A DNA stretch of 61,018 bases from Chara braunii (taxonomy: Eukaryota; Plantae; Charophyceae), in contig BFEA01000023.1 in NCBI GenBank assembly GCA_003427395.1, positions 1,072,042 through 1,133,059 on the forward strand, written 5' to 3'. This document shows, piece after piece, positions 1 through 13,904 of this stretch (positions are counted from its first letter, which is position 1; each line of letters begins with the position of its first letter). The translations under genes were made by a program, and so were the position numbers. The notes under the pieces were generated by a model that did no database searches, was not told where the DNA came from, and saw nothing but the letters and a program-made list of their open reading frames with translations.

Positions 1-1005
1 TCGTCGGGACAAAAACTCAACAGGTTTATACCCATTCCCATCATCTTGCTGGAGCACAACACCTATCCCATACTGACAGGCGTCGGTTGTCACGACAAAG
101 GGCAAAGAAGGATCAGCGACCTTCAGAACCGGATAATTAATTAGACATTTTTTTAAGCGTTTGAACGAAGCCGTACAATCTAAATCCCACTTCCAGATGG
201 TTTCTTTCTTAAGCAATCTGCGAAGGGGTGCAACGATTATCGTGAAGTGTTTAACAAACTTCCGGTAATAGTTGGTTAGCCCAAGGAACGACCACAAGTT
301 AGTCAAACTGCGGGGGTTTGGCCAATCTCTAATGACTTCAATTTTTGAATCTTCCGGTTTGATACCATCACCATCAAGTACATGCCCCAAATACAAAACC
401 TGACGCTTAGCCCAATCACACTTCTTTGGGTTTAACTTCAATTTTGCTTCACGCAATTTATTTAGCACAAGTCGAAGGTGCTCGCAATGTTCACTTAGAC
501 TCTTGCTAAAAATCAAAATATCATCAAGATATATGACAACAAATTTATCAAGCCATTCACGGAAAAACTCATTCATGGTTCTTTGAAAAGTTGCAGGTGC
601 ATTCGTAAGACCAAAAGGCAACATCACAAATTCATAGTGTCCGTACCTCGTTCGAAAGACGGTTTTGTATTGGTCTTCTGACTCTACCTCAATCTGATGA
701 TAGTCGGGCTTCAGATCAATCTTAGTGAAGTACTTGCTACCTTGCACTCGATCGAACAAATCGTCTATTTTTTGTAATGGCTCAACATTTTTAACACTTA
801 CATCATTAAGTCTTCTATAATCTATACACATGCGTACCCCGCCATCTTTCTTTGATACAAAAAGTACAGGCGCACCGTAGGGCGAGGAGCTAGGTCTTAT
901 CCACCCCTTTTCCAGCAACTCGTCAAGCTGGGTTCGCAGTTCATCCAACTCTTTCGGCGACATCCTATAGATAGGTCCCTTAGGAATTGAGCTTTCTAAT
1001 ATGAT
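1..1005 (-). pseudogene. pol: Ty3/Gypsy element 1 pol: reverse transcriptase and start of RNase H (runs off window start)
   Basis: Manual minus-strand translation gives [60 protein letters not shown] and [11 protein letters not shown]. It is separated from the protease ORF by one in-frame stop at 1006-1008. Confidence 0.95.
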
Positions 1006-1941
1006 TTATATGCGATGTTTGCTTGGTAGTTCTACCACACCGCTTGGGGACTCTACCACGTCTGCGAATTCCTTCAAAAAAATTTCAATCTCAGGGGATT
1101 TTGCCTCTCCTTTAACTTCACTCTCTTTTACAGGGCGCACATATGCAAAAAAAACTTGATCATACAAATTATACTTTTTCACATGGCGAGCAAACGCAGG
1201 GGCACTCATACAACAATGAGCTAAGCTGCTTTCCTTACCTGATTCATGAAAGAGGCGGATTTTCTTGTTTCCACCTTGCGGACTAGGGAGCCAACACTCA
1301 TGGTCCCGAATCTTTATATCCGCATTTGCAACTTCACCCCAATCCATACCTAGGAGAATGTCAAAGGGAAGATTATCTTCCACCAAGAGAGTCAGAGAGT
1401 GGAGAACGCGTTCCACCTTCCCCTCCACTTCGAGCCGGAAGTATACCTGGACCCCTTCAACATACTTATCCATTACAGTCACCGTACTATTAAATAACTT
1501 ACTTACTACGGGCTGACCTAATTGCTTTACCTTAAGCCCGAGTCGCAGCTTTTGTAAACCTTTCTTACGTATGTAACTGCGGGTAGATCCACTATCAATC
1601 ATACCTCCTACTATTATTTTATTGACTTCAAGATCTGGAATTATTAGCTGTCTGTTTTGTCTTTTCATCTCAATCCAGGCTTGGCGACGAGCGGCCAACT
1701 CATCACCCACACCAGCGAGGGATCCATCTAGAGAGATGCATACGCTTGCCACCTCTGGACAGGGTACTAGATGGGAATTGTCTTCCTCTTCAGTTTCTGC
1801 CAGTGGGACCTTCGAATGGGAGGATTTTTTTATTTCAACACCCGAAGTCCCTGTAGAGGCAACTGGGACCTCTACTGCCTGTTCCTTTTTGCTATCCTGT
1901 AGTAAGGGCAATAAGGGACAATGTGGTTGGGGTCCCCACAT
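1006..1941 (-). pseudogene. Gypsy element 1 aspartic protease region of pol
   Basis: ORF contains GMIDSGSTRSYI (retropepsin DSG) and DILLGMDW. Confidence 0.9.
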
Positions 1942-2858
1942 TTACGACACTGGTTAGTGACTTTCCTTTCTTGCCAGACGTTTTCTGTAATTCCCAATTT
2001 CTTCCAAGGTTCCCCTTCGGTTACACCTGGATGAGGTGGGTATGACTTATCCTACTTGTTGTACCAAGTGCCTCTTCCTCTTCCCCAGGCAGAATTATAA
2101 CCACGACCACCTTGCGAGGGACCATTGCCCCTCCCTCCCACGTAGTAGCTACCTTCGCCAACACCTCTCTGGGGACCAGGTCCTCTTCCACCACGTTCGC
2201 GGCCTCCTCTTACTTGGCCACGTCCTCTTCCTTGTCGCTCTCCCCCGTGGGCTGCAACGGGTGCGTAACTCCCCTCCTAAGCTACCAACCCGTTGGGTCC
2301 TTCCTCGAGACCATAGTCTATCTGATCCCAAGAAAGTGATTCGACACCTCCTTCTTCAAAGGTCAGAAGGAGGTTGTCTTTCCCAGGTATTGACCCTGAG
2401 ATTATGCGGTTTTGCCATTTTCTTCCCCCTTGCAGATCTTTCCAGTAATGACAAGAATTGGCTTCAGCCAAGAAATCAGCATGATCTAATGCTATCTTGC
2501 TGAACTTTTCATATGTCATCCCCTCCGTTTTGGTACGAGGATACAATTGAATTCGGACGGGGTTAGGTAGTGCGCGTGCAAAGCTGTTCAATATTTGAGC
2601 CGGGGTCAACCCATGTTCACTGCATTGTAGTAGTTCTTTCATGGTTGCTTTAAGCGCTGAAGTACTTTTCCATTTCCTATCGGGAAGGTTCAATATTAGT
2701 AGTTCTGTTCTTCGTGCTAAGTTTTTGTCTTCAAACCTTTCCCTAACGGCTTTGAGAAAACCCTCGATGCGAGTTTGTTGGGAGTATTCCACCATGGAAC
2801 TACAACCTACCTTTTTTAAAACGAAATGACGAAACTCATTGCATCGTCGGCCATGCAC
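1872..2858 (-). pseudogene. gag: Gypsy element 1 gag (disrupted)
   Basis: Capsid-like ORF at 2277-2858, then RG-rich sequence and a CCHC knuckle CRKCGDPNHIVPYC near 1905-1950, with stop at 1872. Confidence 0.8.
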
Positions 2859-2879
2859 AAAGTGACCATCAGAACTCTA

Positions 2880-5800
2880 TCCCAATAGGGAATCCGTTGT
2901 TCGTAGACATAGGACTCTACTGTCCTCCTATTTAGGAAGGACCTGAGAAATAGGCACGTCCAAACATCCTTGGGTCTGGCTAAATTTCATTCCTGAGACA
3001 GAATCTGTTCTCAGACTGCTAGGTAGACACAGTGGTGTGGAGTTTAGGACAAACTGGTTGTAATCACCCAATCTGATAGCGTTGCCCTATTTTTTCTCTG
3101 AGGGTCCAAAAGACCCAGGCCCCCTTCGGCTCTGGGAGTACAGATCATTTCCCATGCCACTTTCGAAATAAAGAAATCTTCTTCCTCAGCATATGGCTTC
3201 CAAATGAAGCGGGCACAGTTATGGCGGACCGTGGCGTACAAAGTCGGGCCGAAGCCCCGCACTTTTCCTACAAACCATAGCAGGGCAAAAAGTGCACCAA
3301 TTATCACCATAGCCCTACCAAAGAGGGATAGGTGAGGGGCGTGACCCCAAGAGGAAATTCGCTGGACTCATTTCTGTAACAAGATGTTGCCCAGGTCCGC
3401 TGCTGCCGATAGCAGGGCTATTTGGACTCCTAGAAAGCATTCTGAGCAGTTTTCGTCGATGCGTTTCATACCCCACTGGACGACCAAAGAGAAACACCCT
3501 GGTAAAAAAAAAACAGACTTGTGCCAATTAATGGCCGCTTCCGAGAGGGAGGCATATTCATTTAGGCACAGCTTCAAGGAGTTCAGAGACTGAGGGGTGT
3601 TTTGCGCAACAGCAAAGAGATTGTCGGTGAGAGCTTTCACTTTCAGCGGTGTAGAGTCCGTTGGCAGGCCTATGATGGAAGGGTGAGCGCGAATGTTGTT
3701 CAACACATTCTCCATCTGAATGACAAACAAGAGGGGGGCTAGGGGATAGCCCTGGCGCAATGATCGGGAGAGCGAGAATTCCTCAGAGAGGCGGCCGTTA
3801 ATCATCACTGCTGCGGTGGAATTTGTGTATAGCGCAATAACCCATTTACAAATGTTTTGACCAAAGGAAATGACATTGAGGGTAGTTAGGACATACGACC
3901 AGTTAACCCGATCGTATGCCTTCTCTAGGTCCAACAAAAGCACCGCAACATCCCATCGGCCGTTCTGAATGATTTCTAAACTTTCAATAGCAATAATAAT
4001 GTTATCAATGATAGAACGCCCCTGGATAAAGGCTGTTTGGTCTGAGTGGACCAAGTCCGACAAATAGTGACCTAGGCGTCTAGCTAAGACTTTCGCTAGT
4101 ATTTTATACGAAACATTCAGAACAGATATCGGGCGCCAATTTCAAATCTTGGCCCGATCGCCTTTCTTAAATAGTACTGAAATGATGTCATTGCACATGT
4201 TCGCTGCCCGCTTACCACCTGTGAGGACTTCATTATAAATTTGTACCAGCCCATCCCCCAGGACATCCCACAAGACAATGAAGAGTTTCACCGGGAGCCC
4301 ATCGTCCCCGGGGGCTCTCCCTTTAGACATAGCTTTCAGGGTTTCGAATGCTTCGGAGGAGAATATAGGGCGATCACGATCCAACCTTCCGGATTGGGAT
4401 AAACGCACCTGGGTGTTGCCCCAATGGGAGGAGTCCAGATGGGTGTGCTCCTTGGAGGCGAGAGGTCAGAATGTCACGATAATAATAGGCAGCATAATCG
4501 CAGAGTTGAGCCAATTCCTTGGCCCGGGGAGCCTCCGCATCGAAGGGGTGAATCAGTTCCTTCATCCGAGCGGAGGCGCGGCGAGGGAGTAATTTCTGAA
4601 AAGACTCTTTTGTCATGCGATCATGAACTGCTATTCCTTTTACCCGCAATCGTTCAACCCATACTTCAGCTTTCTGACACTGCAAATTATCCCATTTTGC
4701 CATTAATTTAGCACGCTCCTTACCCCACACCAAGTTAGATATGAGATGTTCTACCATGCGGGACTCTTAGTACTCAATTCGTTTTCTCAGGTGGGCTTCT
4801 TCCTTGTTGCGGTCATAGGCTAACATACGTGAAAACACATTCAACAGATTCGAAAAAATCCTTGACCCAGAGTTCCACCATTCTGCCAGGGAGTCATACG
4901 AGGACTGGGCGACGTTCCAGTCATTCCATAACTTTTTCATCCACTCAACAAGATCTGGCATGCTAAGAAAATTCTCTGATATATATTCGACGTACTCCCA
5001 TAGTGAAGATGAGATTAGAAAGAAGTCTAATCTCCGTTCAATTGTACCATGAGCAGAGCGACAATGAGAGAACCATGTAGATCCGCTCGTATCCGGGTGT
5101 GTCAGTCTAAACGGGTCGATAAGGCCAAAATCGTCCATTAGGGCATACAACATAGCCTTATCTTCTGAGAATCTGCCGGATTTTGTTAAATCCAGGGTAA
5201 TGTTCCAATCGCCTGTTATGACCAGATACTCACCTTCCAGAATAACATTTATTAATTCTTAAAAAAAATGCGCCCTGGCACGAATCTCAACTGGCGAGTA
5301 AACGGTAGCTATTACCCAGATCTTATCATCAATCACACATTTCAGCCAAGCCCAACGACCCCAAATATCTGCATAGAAATCAATAATTTCTAATTCATTA
5401 TTGCGGTGAATTAGCATAGCCACACCCCCCCTCGTACCAACAGTCGGGGCCCACAATTGTGGCCCGTCCCAGTGGTCCCACCGATTACCCAAAGCAGCGA
5501 TCTTATCCTCCCCTAGTTTGGTTTCTTGAATGCAAGCAATCAGGATGTGGTTGTCGAATATCCAGGACTTCAACCTATCTCTCTTATGTTTACCAGACGT
5601 ATCACCCAATCCCCTAACATTCCATGTAGCCATTCTAAGCCTACCCATTCCCGCCCATTGCCCCGGCGACATGGATACGAGGAGAAGGCTGAGAGTTGTT
5701 GCCCCTTGAAGAGGTTCTTCCTTGGGGGACAGGAAGCCAGGACTTCAGGAGAAAAGAACGAACATACATCGAGTTCAAGTTCAATTTCCTGTCCGCCAAG

Positions 5801-6720
5801 AAATGGCTATCCACATCACACAACAGTTCTGAGGATAGCAGGGGAGGGGCTCTAATCCGTGACAATTCCCCTTTTTTTTTGTAATCTAAGAGAGAGGAAT
5901 GAGACGGAGACCTTCAGATTCAAGCTTCTCCAACTGACCAGGGACGAAGCAAGAGTCCATGATGGGAAAGTGAAAGATGACCTTCTTACCATTACCATCT
6001 GGGCTATCTCTGATAAGCCGAGTCATCGGTAACTCGGGGAATTAGGGATCAAATGAAAGGCGAAGCAATCGTTGATCGCTGGCCGAATGAGGAAGACCAT
6101 AGCTGAGGGCATGGGTTGTCCTAGCAAAGGCAATGCTTCCATCTGCGGTCGTCCTAGCAACCACCCATATGTTGTTGCGAACAATTGTGCAAAAGAGAGG
6201 TAGAATGCGTCTCTCCACGTATTGAAGCTGACCTCGAGCTAGGGCAACCGGAGTCCTACTCCGGGTAGTCTTACAGCCAGGAGTCCCCACGTCCACAAAT
6301 GGGCCCTGGGAATCTTCCGAGTGAGGAAGAGAGGACTTCGATTTCTCTCCTTCCACATGCAGCCCAGTAATAGAGTCGTAGCTCAGCCTGCGCTGTTTAC
6401 CCGTCGGGGATGGTCTTGGTCGACTTTAATGGCTGCCACTAACTCCTTGTGCCGCACTTGTCACTCCCTCCGCCGTCCCTTCTGCACCGTCTACACGCCT
6501 TCTTACATGGAGGTTCTGGCGAGGGTTACTCTCAACCTCATCCAGGGCCGCACCTAATGGAGCCCCCTAAGTAGGGCGGGGGGCTGCGAAGCTGGGAAGA
6601 CTCGCTTGAGCACCAAGGACGCCTGATTGACCACCTACCAAACCCTCGAAATTGGAAAGGCCAACTGCTTGCTGATGAAGATGCTGGAGCCAGGGCGCGT
6701 ATGCCTGAGCAAGCCATGGA
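2880..6720 (-). mobile_element. Degenerate non-LTR retrotransposon (LINE, L1/Tx1-like)
   Basis: APE endonuclease motifs (RMATWNVRGL, CIQETKL, RLDFFL) at about 4770-5650. RT motifs (APGDDG, LFKKGD, DQTAFIQGRSI, LLDLEKAYDRV, LRQGYPLAPLLF; YADD degenerated to LTDN) at about 3370-4410. Many stops and frameshifts; outer boundaries are approximate. Confidence 0.9.
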
Positions 6721-6724
6721 GCGG

Positions 6725-6984
6725 TGTTTTGCGGCAACTTTCTTTTTTTCGTTTTAACCGAATTTCATTTGTCATTTTTCTTAAATCGTAAATCAAGTCA
6801 AATTCGAAAAACAAAATTATGGGGGTGTAGGGTTTTGCAAACCCTACAACCCCATATATATATATATATATTTAACTTATTGTTTTAAGAAAAAAAAACC
6901 CAAAAAAACGGGCCGCGGCTGCGGTCGACTTTTCCGGCTGCGGAAGCCGATTTGCCCGCGGCCTAGGCCGCGGGTGTCACGTAG
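6725..6984 (-). mobile_element. Truncated end of non-autonomous DNA transposon (same family as 13905-15707)
   Basis: Reverse complement starts CTACGTGACACCCGCGGCCTAGGCCGCGGGC and aligns with 13905-14180. Confidence 0.7.
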
Positions 6985-7509
6985 CGTCGCATCCATGTAG
7001 GTCTTTGTTTTTTCGTGGAGGCCTCGATTTTGTTTTTCCCCATTGCTTCGGCAACGGGCCAATGGCGCGAACGTGCGTGGCGCTAGCCCGTGTGCGTGCG
7101 CACGTGCGCACGTGCGGGCGAACGTATGCTGGCTCGTGCACGCTTTCGCCTGCGTGCGCCTCTGCCGCTCCACTCCCCGCCCGCTGAGGTTGTGCGCTTG
7201 TGCGCCCCACCCGCGTCCCCGTGCGCCCGTGCGCCTGTGCGCCTCCGTGTGTGCGCCTGAGTGCCGGACACAGGTAGACACAACCGTGTCAGGTATATGG
7301 TCTCACTGATTCTCTTTCCCTTCATTATGATTGGTAAAGGTGAAGAGCCATCACATGGAGGAATACGACGAGGCATCATCAAGGCGGAGTTGTATTCCTC
7401 TTTACTAGTCTTTAGTGTGGAAATTCGTTCTCAGAATGTCAGCGGCACAATCACGGGCCCGAGTAAAAGCAGAGCAAGGAGTTGCAGTTTATGCTGTCAA
7501 CTATGTTGA

Positions 7510-8331
7510 CTTAGGGAGCTCCAACTGGGAAAGTGTACCGCTGCTGCAAAGTTGCAATCTCGCCATCAGGATTGGGAAAATCTGACCGTCGATACTGTCA
7601 AAGGGAGCCTGGTCCATGCCAGTCCACACCAAGTCAACGCTATAAAAGAAGAGTCAGACGCTAGGGAAGGCATTCTGCCTTGCGCTGGCTTGATGCTGGC
7701 ACGATATCGTGAGGCTGATGGAGTTTATGTTGGCACCAGTGCTGCTGCGTGGGCGCCAACATCAGGGGAGATTATGTTGGAGCAACCATTGCCCCCATAG
7801 CTATAGACATTGGTGTTGATGCTGGGCAAACGCCGAAGAGGAGGATTGAGACTGTGAGACTAGAGAGGGTTTGAGGGGAAGCTTAATTGGACTTACCCGG
7901 CGACGTAGTGTGTGATTTGTTGCTTGTCTCCACAAAGGTGCAGAAGACTTGTGCCATCCTACCTAATTGGTAGCTAATGTGGATGGAGGATAGGTGACCG
8001 GTTGTGACCTGCACATTTTATCTGTCAGAGAATGTCAGAGAGAGACTGCATTGCTCAGGTGGCAACAGGTGGGATAATGCCCGAGGAGGAAGTGGGCAAG
8101 AAGAGACGTCATGCATGATTGACGAGGACTCTTCATCTTCTCCTCCTCTCTGTCTCTTCTCCACACTACCTCATTCTGTTCTTTGCAGTTACGGTGCTCT
8201 GGGAAAATGCACATCGTTGGGCATGGACGTATTATCGATTTTGGAGACATTATTTTGTCTACTAGGTTCGGACTTGTATCACGACACCGATTGGCTTCTC
8301 AATATGACTGGCCCGGACTGGGTTCATTACA
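7510..8331 (+). repeat. 5' LTR (at least its 3' portion) of old host Gypsy element 2
   Basis: Diverged direct repeat of about 52480-53281. Both end ...TCATTACA; this copy is followed by TTAGCATCAAAGC, a degenerate tRNA-iMet PBS (TGGTATCAGAGC-like). Start is approximate. Confidence 0.7.
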
Positions 8332-9134
8332 ATTTAGCATCAAAGCAATATCCACTTAGTACTTACCTCGCCGGCTGCTGATGATGACAATGAGTGAGAT
8401 GATGATAACGATGATGATGATGATGGTGTAGTCCACCATGGAAGAAGAAGAGAGGCATCTTGAAGGCCGCCATTGAATTGACATTTCACAAGGAGGGAGA
8501 CACCTCAAAGTGTCACGTGGCAGACTGCACTGCGGGCGTGGCACATGAGAGAGACTAACAAGACCACAAGTGGGAACTGACGTGGAGTGCTTATGTGGCG
8601 ACAAACGAAGAGGTCGTTGTTGTCGTACATGACGGGGGTTGTTGCTGATGTGGACTGTCTCCGCTGCTAAGGCAAGCGCTATGGCATATGCGCTGATGTT
8701 GCAGACACCATTGTCTATGAGGTTGATAACTCATGCTGACTTGGCCAACAACCACTGAAGATAAGTTGAGGCTGATGTGGCAGCCAGTCATTGATGACAA
8801 CTACGTTGCTGACTAGGCACGTTCCTTGTTCCTAGAACGAATCACCGCTGATGTGGTAACTGTAGGTCAAGCCAATAAAGAAGAAGGCGGTACAACAAGC
8901 AGACATTGTTGTAGTGTCACGAGTCTGGTTGCATGTCTGGCCAGACACGCATCTGCAAGGAAGGAAAATGAGGAAATCAACAGCTAACCTTGATTGGACG
9001 TATTGTGATTATTGCTATCTAAGACTTGTGTATTACTGCCTATGAATCTCCCCGAGCCGCATTCGTTGCAACCACGACCGCGGCTTCTTGTTCTGGCTGC
9101 GACCCCTCGGTCATGACCGTGGCAGCGACGACTT

Positions 9135-9831
9135 NNNNNNNNNNNNNNNNNNNNNNNNNNNNNNNNNNNNNNNNNNNNNNNNNNNNNNNNNNNNNNNNNN
9201 NNNNNNNNNNNNNNNNNNNNNNNNNNNNNNNNNNNNNNNNNNNNNNNNNNNNNNNNNNNNNNNNNNNNNNNNNNNNNNNNNNNNNNNNNNNNNNNNNNNN
9301 NNNNNNNNNNNNNNNNNNNNNNNNNNNNNNNNNNNNNNNNNNNNNNNNNNNNNNNNNNNNNNNNNNNNNNNNNNNNNNNNNNNNNNNNNNNNNNNNNNNN
9401 NNNNNNNNNNNNNNNNNNNNNNNNNNNNNNNNNNNNNNNNNNNNNNNNNNNNNNNNNNNNNNNNNNNNNNNNNNNNNNNNNNNNNNNNNNNNNNNNNNNN
9501 NNNNNNNNNNNNNNNNNNNNNNNNNNNNNNNNNNNNNNNNNNNNNNNNNNNNNNNNNNNNNNNNNNNNNNNNNNNNNNNNNNNNNNNNNNNNNNNNNNNN
9601 NNNNNNNNNNNNNNNNNNNNNNNNNNNNNNNNNNNNNNNNNNNNNNNNNNNNNNNNNNNNNNNNNNNNNNNNNNNNNNNNNNNNNNNNNNNNNNNNNNNN
9701 NNNNNNNNNNNNNNNNNNNNNNNNNNNNNNNNNNNNNNNNNNNNNNNNNNNNNNNNNNNNNNNNNNNNNNNNNNNNNNNNNNNNNNNNNNNNNNNNNNNN
9801 NNNNNNNNNNNNNNNNNNNNNNNNNNNNNNN
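9135..9831. other. Assembly gap (N run); further gaps at 14391-14873 and 58552-58712
   Basis: N runs. Confidence 1.
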
Positions 9832-10307
9832 NGGGTTTTTTTTTTTTTTTTTTTTTTTTGCTAGGACCTTCCCTGGCCCTTGCACGGCTGAGCCGCTCGA
9901 GAAAACGGGGTCATCCTGGCGGCCCGACTGGAAGCCTAGTTTTTTTCCTTTTTATCTTTGCATTTGTCAATAAAAATAATAATAAAAGAAACATCTGCAC
10001 CATGTTTACCCCACCACTGGCCACCAGCAATCAGAAAAAAATGTGGAAAAAAAATCTCTTTTTTATATTACCTCAAACTTTTCAATCGATTATAAGAGGG
10101 GTTTTTTTTTTCTATTTCTTAAAAAAAAAAAAAATTGAAATCCCAAAAAACAAATGCGAGGTTGTAGGGTTCTTACAACCACTTTTTTTTGTCTTTTTTT
10201 TTTCTTCAAATATGACAATTTTCCAGTCACGCTCGACCGCCCGCGGTCGAGGCCTGCGGTCAGGATTCCGACCGCAGGCCGAGTTTGACCCCGTGGGGTA
10301 TACATAG
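9832..10307. mobile_element. Right part of non-autonomous DNA transposon ending ...TACATAG, with a MITE remnant at about 9832-9939
   Basis: Terminus matches 15701-15707; GC-rich subterminal palindromes; CTGGAAGCCTAG MITE end at about 9939. The left end is probably in the gap. Confidence 0.55.
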
Positions 10308-10553
10308 ATTGTTGCTCATGCGACATATTGCATTCTTCTATATTGCTGCTGACATGGCATATTGTATAATTACTAGGTGGGATGTTCGTTCTTCTTGATT
10401 GAGCAGACTAACCTTGTTATGTGTCTTGATCGCACTGGTTGTGGCATAGAAAGTCACTCATTTTCTGGATAGTCTCTTAATTTAAAAAATCGTTAGTCAT
10501 TATTACCAGGAATTATGAGAGTAGAAAATATTTATTCTTTATTTAATTTTATT

Positions 10554-10617
10554 CTAGGCTACCAGCCGGGCCGCCCGGGTCTCGGTGGCCAGCCCGTGCA
10601 AGGACCAGGGAACGTCC

Positions 10618-10657
<40 letters not shown>

Positions 10658-10838
10658 GAAAAAACACTATGTTATGCAGAAAAATAAACTAAACAACTTT
10701 TGCCTCAGGGTCACATCAAAATTATGCACCAAATTTAAAAAAAAAAAAAAATGTTAAAAATATTATTTTTATTTTTATTTTTTTTAATTGTTTTTTGCCC
10801 GGTCGGGCAAGTGAACCCGGGCCACTCTGGTAGCCTAG
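10554..10838 (+). mobile_element. MITE with CTAGGCTACCAG terminal inverted repeats
   Basis: TIR CTAGGCTACCAG...CTGGTAGCCTAG; 8-bp TSD attttatt/cttttatt; inverted homolog at 15173-15448. Confidence 0.85.
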
Positions 10839-13800
10839 CTTTTATTCCTTTATTTCTTATTGTAATCTCGAAAATCCATTCGTGGCGAAGGCCGCGAAAC
10901 TAACTTCTTTAAGTTAGTATTACGTTTTTTTTGTGTGGCATACTCATCTGCAAACATGGTTTTCCTGTGGACGTGGTTGCGGCCATTCATCTTAACCAAG
11001 TTCATCTTTTTTTTTTTTTTTTTTTCTCTTTTTTTTTTTCGACGAAGAAAAAGGAGAGGATTACATGAAAACTAAGGGTTAAATTAGAGTCAAGGAGAAA
11101 CAAGTGGTAGGTTGTCTCCTCTAGCGCCTCACAAAGATACATGACGCTGGTCCAGAAGTTGAACAACATGTATGCAGCCAGTTCGATCTGCGAGTTGCAG
11201 AAACGAACTGAAGAAGGTCGATACCGCTGTTGCGTTGCTGGAAGTAAGTGGCCACATGCAACAGACCATCAACCAGGCTCGCTTGAGTCTAGATCATTTC
11301 ATCGCTAAGCAGTGTGCGAAGATAGCAGGGCAAGAAGCTAAGGAGGAAGCAGAGGAAGGAGCCTGTGAAATCAAAGAAGTACAAAAATTGAATGAAGAAA
11401 TTATGGATGCAACCATCAAAGAATTGCAAGATGCATTGGAAGCAGAGAGAAAGAAAAAGAAGACCAGCATGAGACAAGGAAGGAGGAAAGAACAACAAGA
11501 AAAGAATCTTAAGGAAATAAAACACAAATTTAATATTGAATCAAAATTTGATTTTGCGTCCTTGGTAAAAAACATGATAGTATATTTTGCACACCTTGAG
11601 GCAAAAATTGACCATGTCAGTGCAGAACTCAGTACGGTAACCAGGAATGTCAAAGGCAAGAAAAAGCTGATGCAAAAAGAGGAAAAAGAAGAAAAACCAC
11701 AACTGAAGAAAAAACTAATAAAGGACGTCATAAAAGCATGTGTTTTCATGTTGATTAAAAAGAAAGAGGAAGAAGGTGAGAAATTGAAAAGAAAGAAAAA
11801 TGTAAAGGTGAAGTTGCTCTTCGCTTACAATGGTAAGAACGGGGAACACATATTGTTGTAGATCGTGAAGATCCAAACGTATTGTTCGACCACGCCAGTC
11901 GCTGGAGATAGCTAAGTGGTCTTTTTCACTTTTTGCCTCGGAGAAGTTGTTAAGGATTCAATATTGTCTGAGGTCAATACAACTAGTTTCGAGGACTTAG
12001 GGGAGTGGGCTAGAACCATGACCCTATGCAAATTCCTGCAGAAAATCGAAAAAAAAAAAATTGACAAGATAACTGTAGATAAGGTCTTTGATGAACTAAC
12101 CATGATCGGGAAAAAACGATGGACAACTCTAAGATGCTTTGTCTCACGAGGTTGACCGTTTGCGGCATGTACCTGCCCTAAACTTACAAGCTAATCATGT
12201 TCTGTACATATTCTTGCGAACTTTGCCGAAGCCTATTCGAGGTCAACTTGTCGCGGAGGCTAAATCTGGTGACTAGAGTTACTAATAGTTCAGGGATCTT
12301 GCTTTATAGAGAGAGCAAATGGGGTTGAAATGGTCTCCCAAGTCAAAGGTACTAATGCGGGAGTCGTAAAGGGAGGGCAATTAAATCGGACCAGGAAAAT
12401 AATCTTGTGGAGACAAAAACGAGAGGACCACCTCCTTGTCGTTTTCGATGATGAGTCAATAGAGAGGTGACCCCTCGAGGAAACCAAGGGTGTGATAAGT
12501 AACAGTAGTGAGTATGGGAAGTGTAACCGCACTGTTGTAGTGACTAACAAGAGAGGTACTAAATTTGGTGAAGTCAGAAAGAAAAGGTCACGTTCCTTTC
12601 TAGAGTGTCCGTGTAGAGCTCTCGGAAAAAATAGACATTACCTAGAAAATCAAGCATAATCGTATGGATGTTGGTCAGTGCCTTAAGTGTGGCACTTCGG
12701 GACGCATCAGTGCATGGTGATCTGGAACCCAAAAGGAGCAGCTGGTAGGAGTAACATATGCTCCTACTGAGCCGGGGGGCTAGGTTGAGATGGCGTAATG
12801 AACCACTTCCAACCCTCCAGCTCATATGGCAAAGGATTACTCTTCTTCGGCCCCTCACCCAATCCACACCTCAATAAGTCTTGTGTTTCGTTACACTCCT
12901 GAGTCCCTTAGTAAACTTGGTTGTGAATTAACTACTCTGATAAGTTCATGACCTACGAAAGCAAAGAATAAAGGTGAATTGATGATCGCGGATGTAGAGA
13001 TTGCACAGACGCATATTGGTGCTTTGTTAGACTTTGGGTCTACGAGATCTTACGTCTCTGAGAAAGCAATTAAGAAGTTGCACTTAGGGATAAAGCCTAA
13101 AGGTAAAGGCTTTGCCTAGACTCATCATGCCTATATTGACTGATTAAAGTATCATCACTGTCTCTCAAAATGTCGACAACATTGAATATTTTTTCGAACA
13201 AACGAAGAAAATAAGATTCTAAATGAAGTATCATTCCTCATCGAAAAGAAGTAATTGTTGTCGTGACTTGATTCTGGGTATAGATTGGCATGAGGAAGCC
13301 GACCCAGAAGTCAAGTTCAATGACAAAATTGTTAATCTTAATGATGAAAATTCTTAAATGAAATCAATCAAATTGTTTTATACGTATGAATTTGCCTCAT
13401 CTCTATTTCTTTGTTGCATGAGTCTTTTTGCTTTCCGTAGCATGGTTAGGAGAACAAAGTTAATATACGATGTAATGGTGGTGCTCGTTACAAATGTGGG
13501 TGAGTGCTCTATGTCCTATTCTCCTCCTATTGAGAAATTACTTGGCAAATATAAGGTGTTGCAGAATGAACCAACTGGAGTAACCGGACGAACCATCAAA
13601 CATATTTAATTTATTAAAATTATTCCCGGTACTAGTGAGATTCTCAAAGAATCAATATATTGCATGTCCCCGTAGGAATTGAAAAAGTTGAGAAAACAAC
13701 TGGAACAACTAACGGCGAAAGGATTGATTAGGCTTATGACTTATCCCTGCGCCTTGTATGTACTCTTTGTATCGAACAAGGAAGGTGAACTTAGACTGTG

Positions 13801-13904
13801 CATTGACTATCGAGGACTGAATTTCGTTATTATAAACAATGTGGAACCTCTACCTCGTATTGGTGACTTACTTGATCACTTGAAGAGTTTCAGGTGCTTC
13901 AGTA

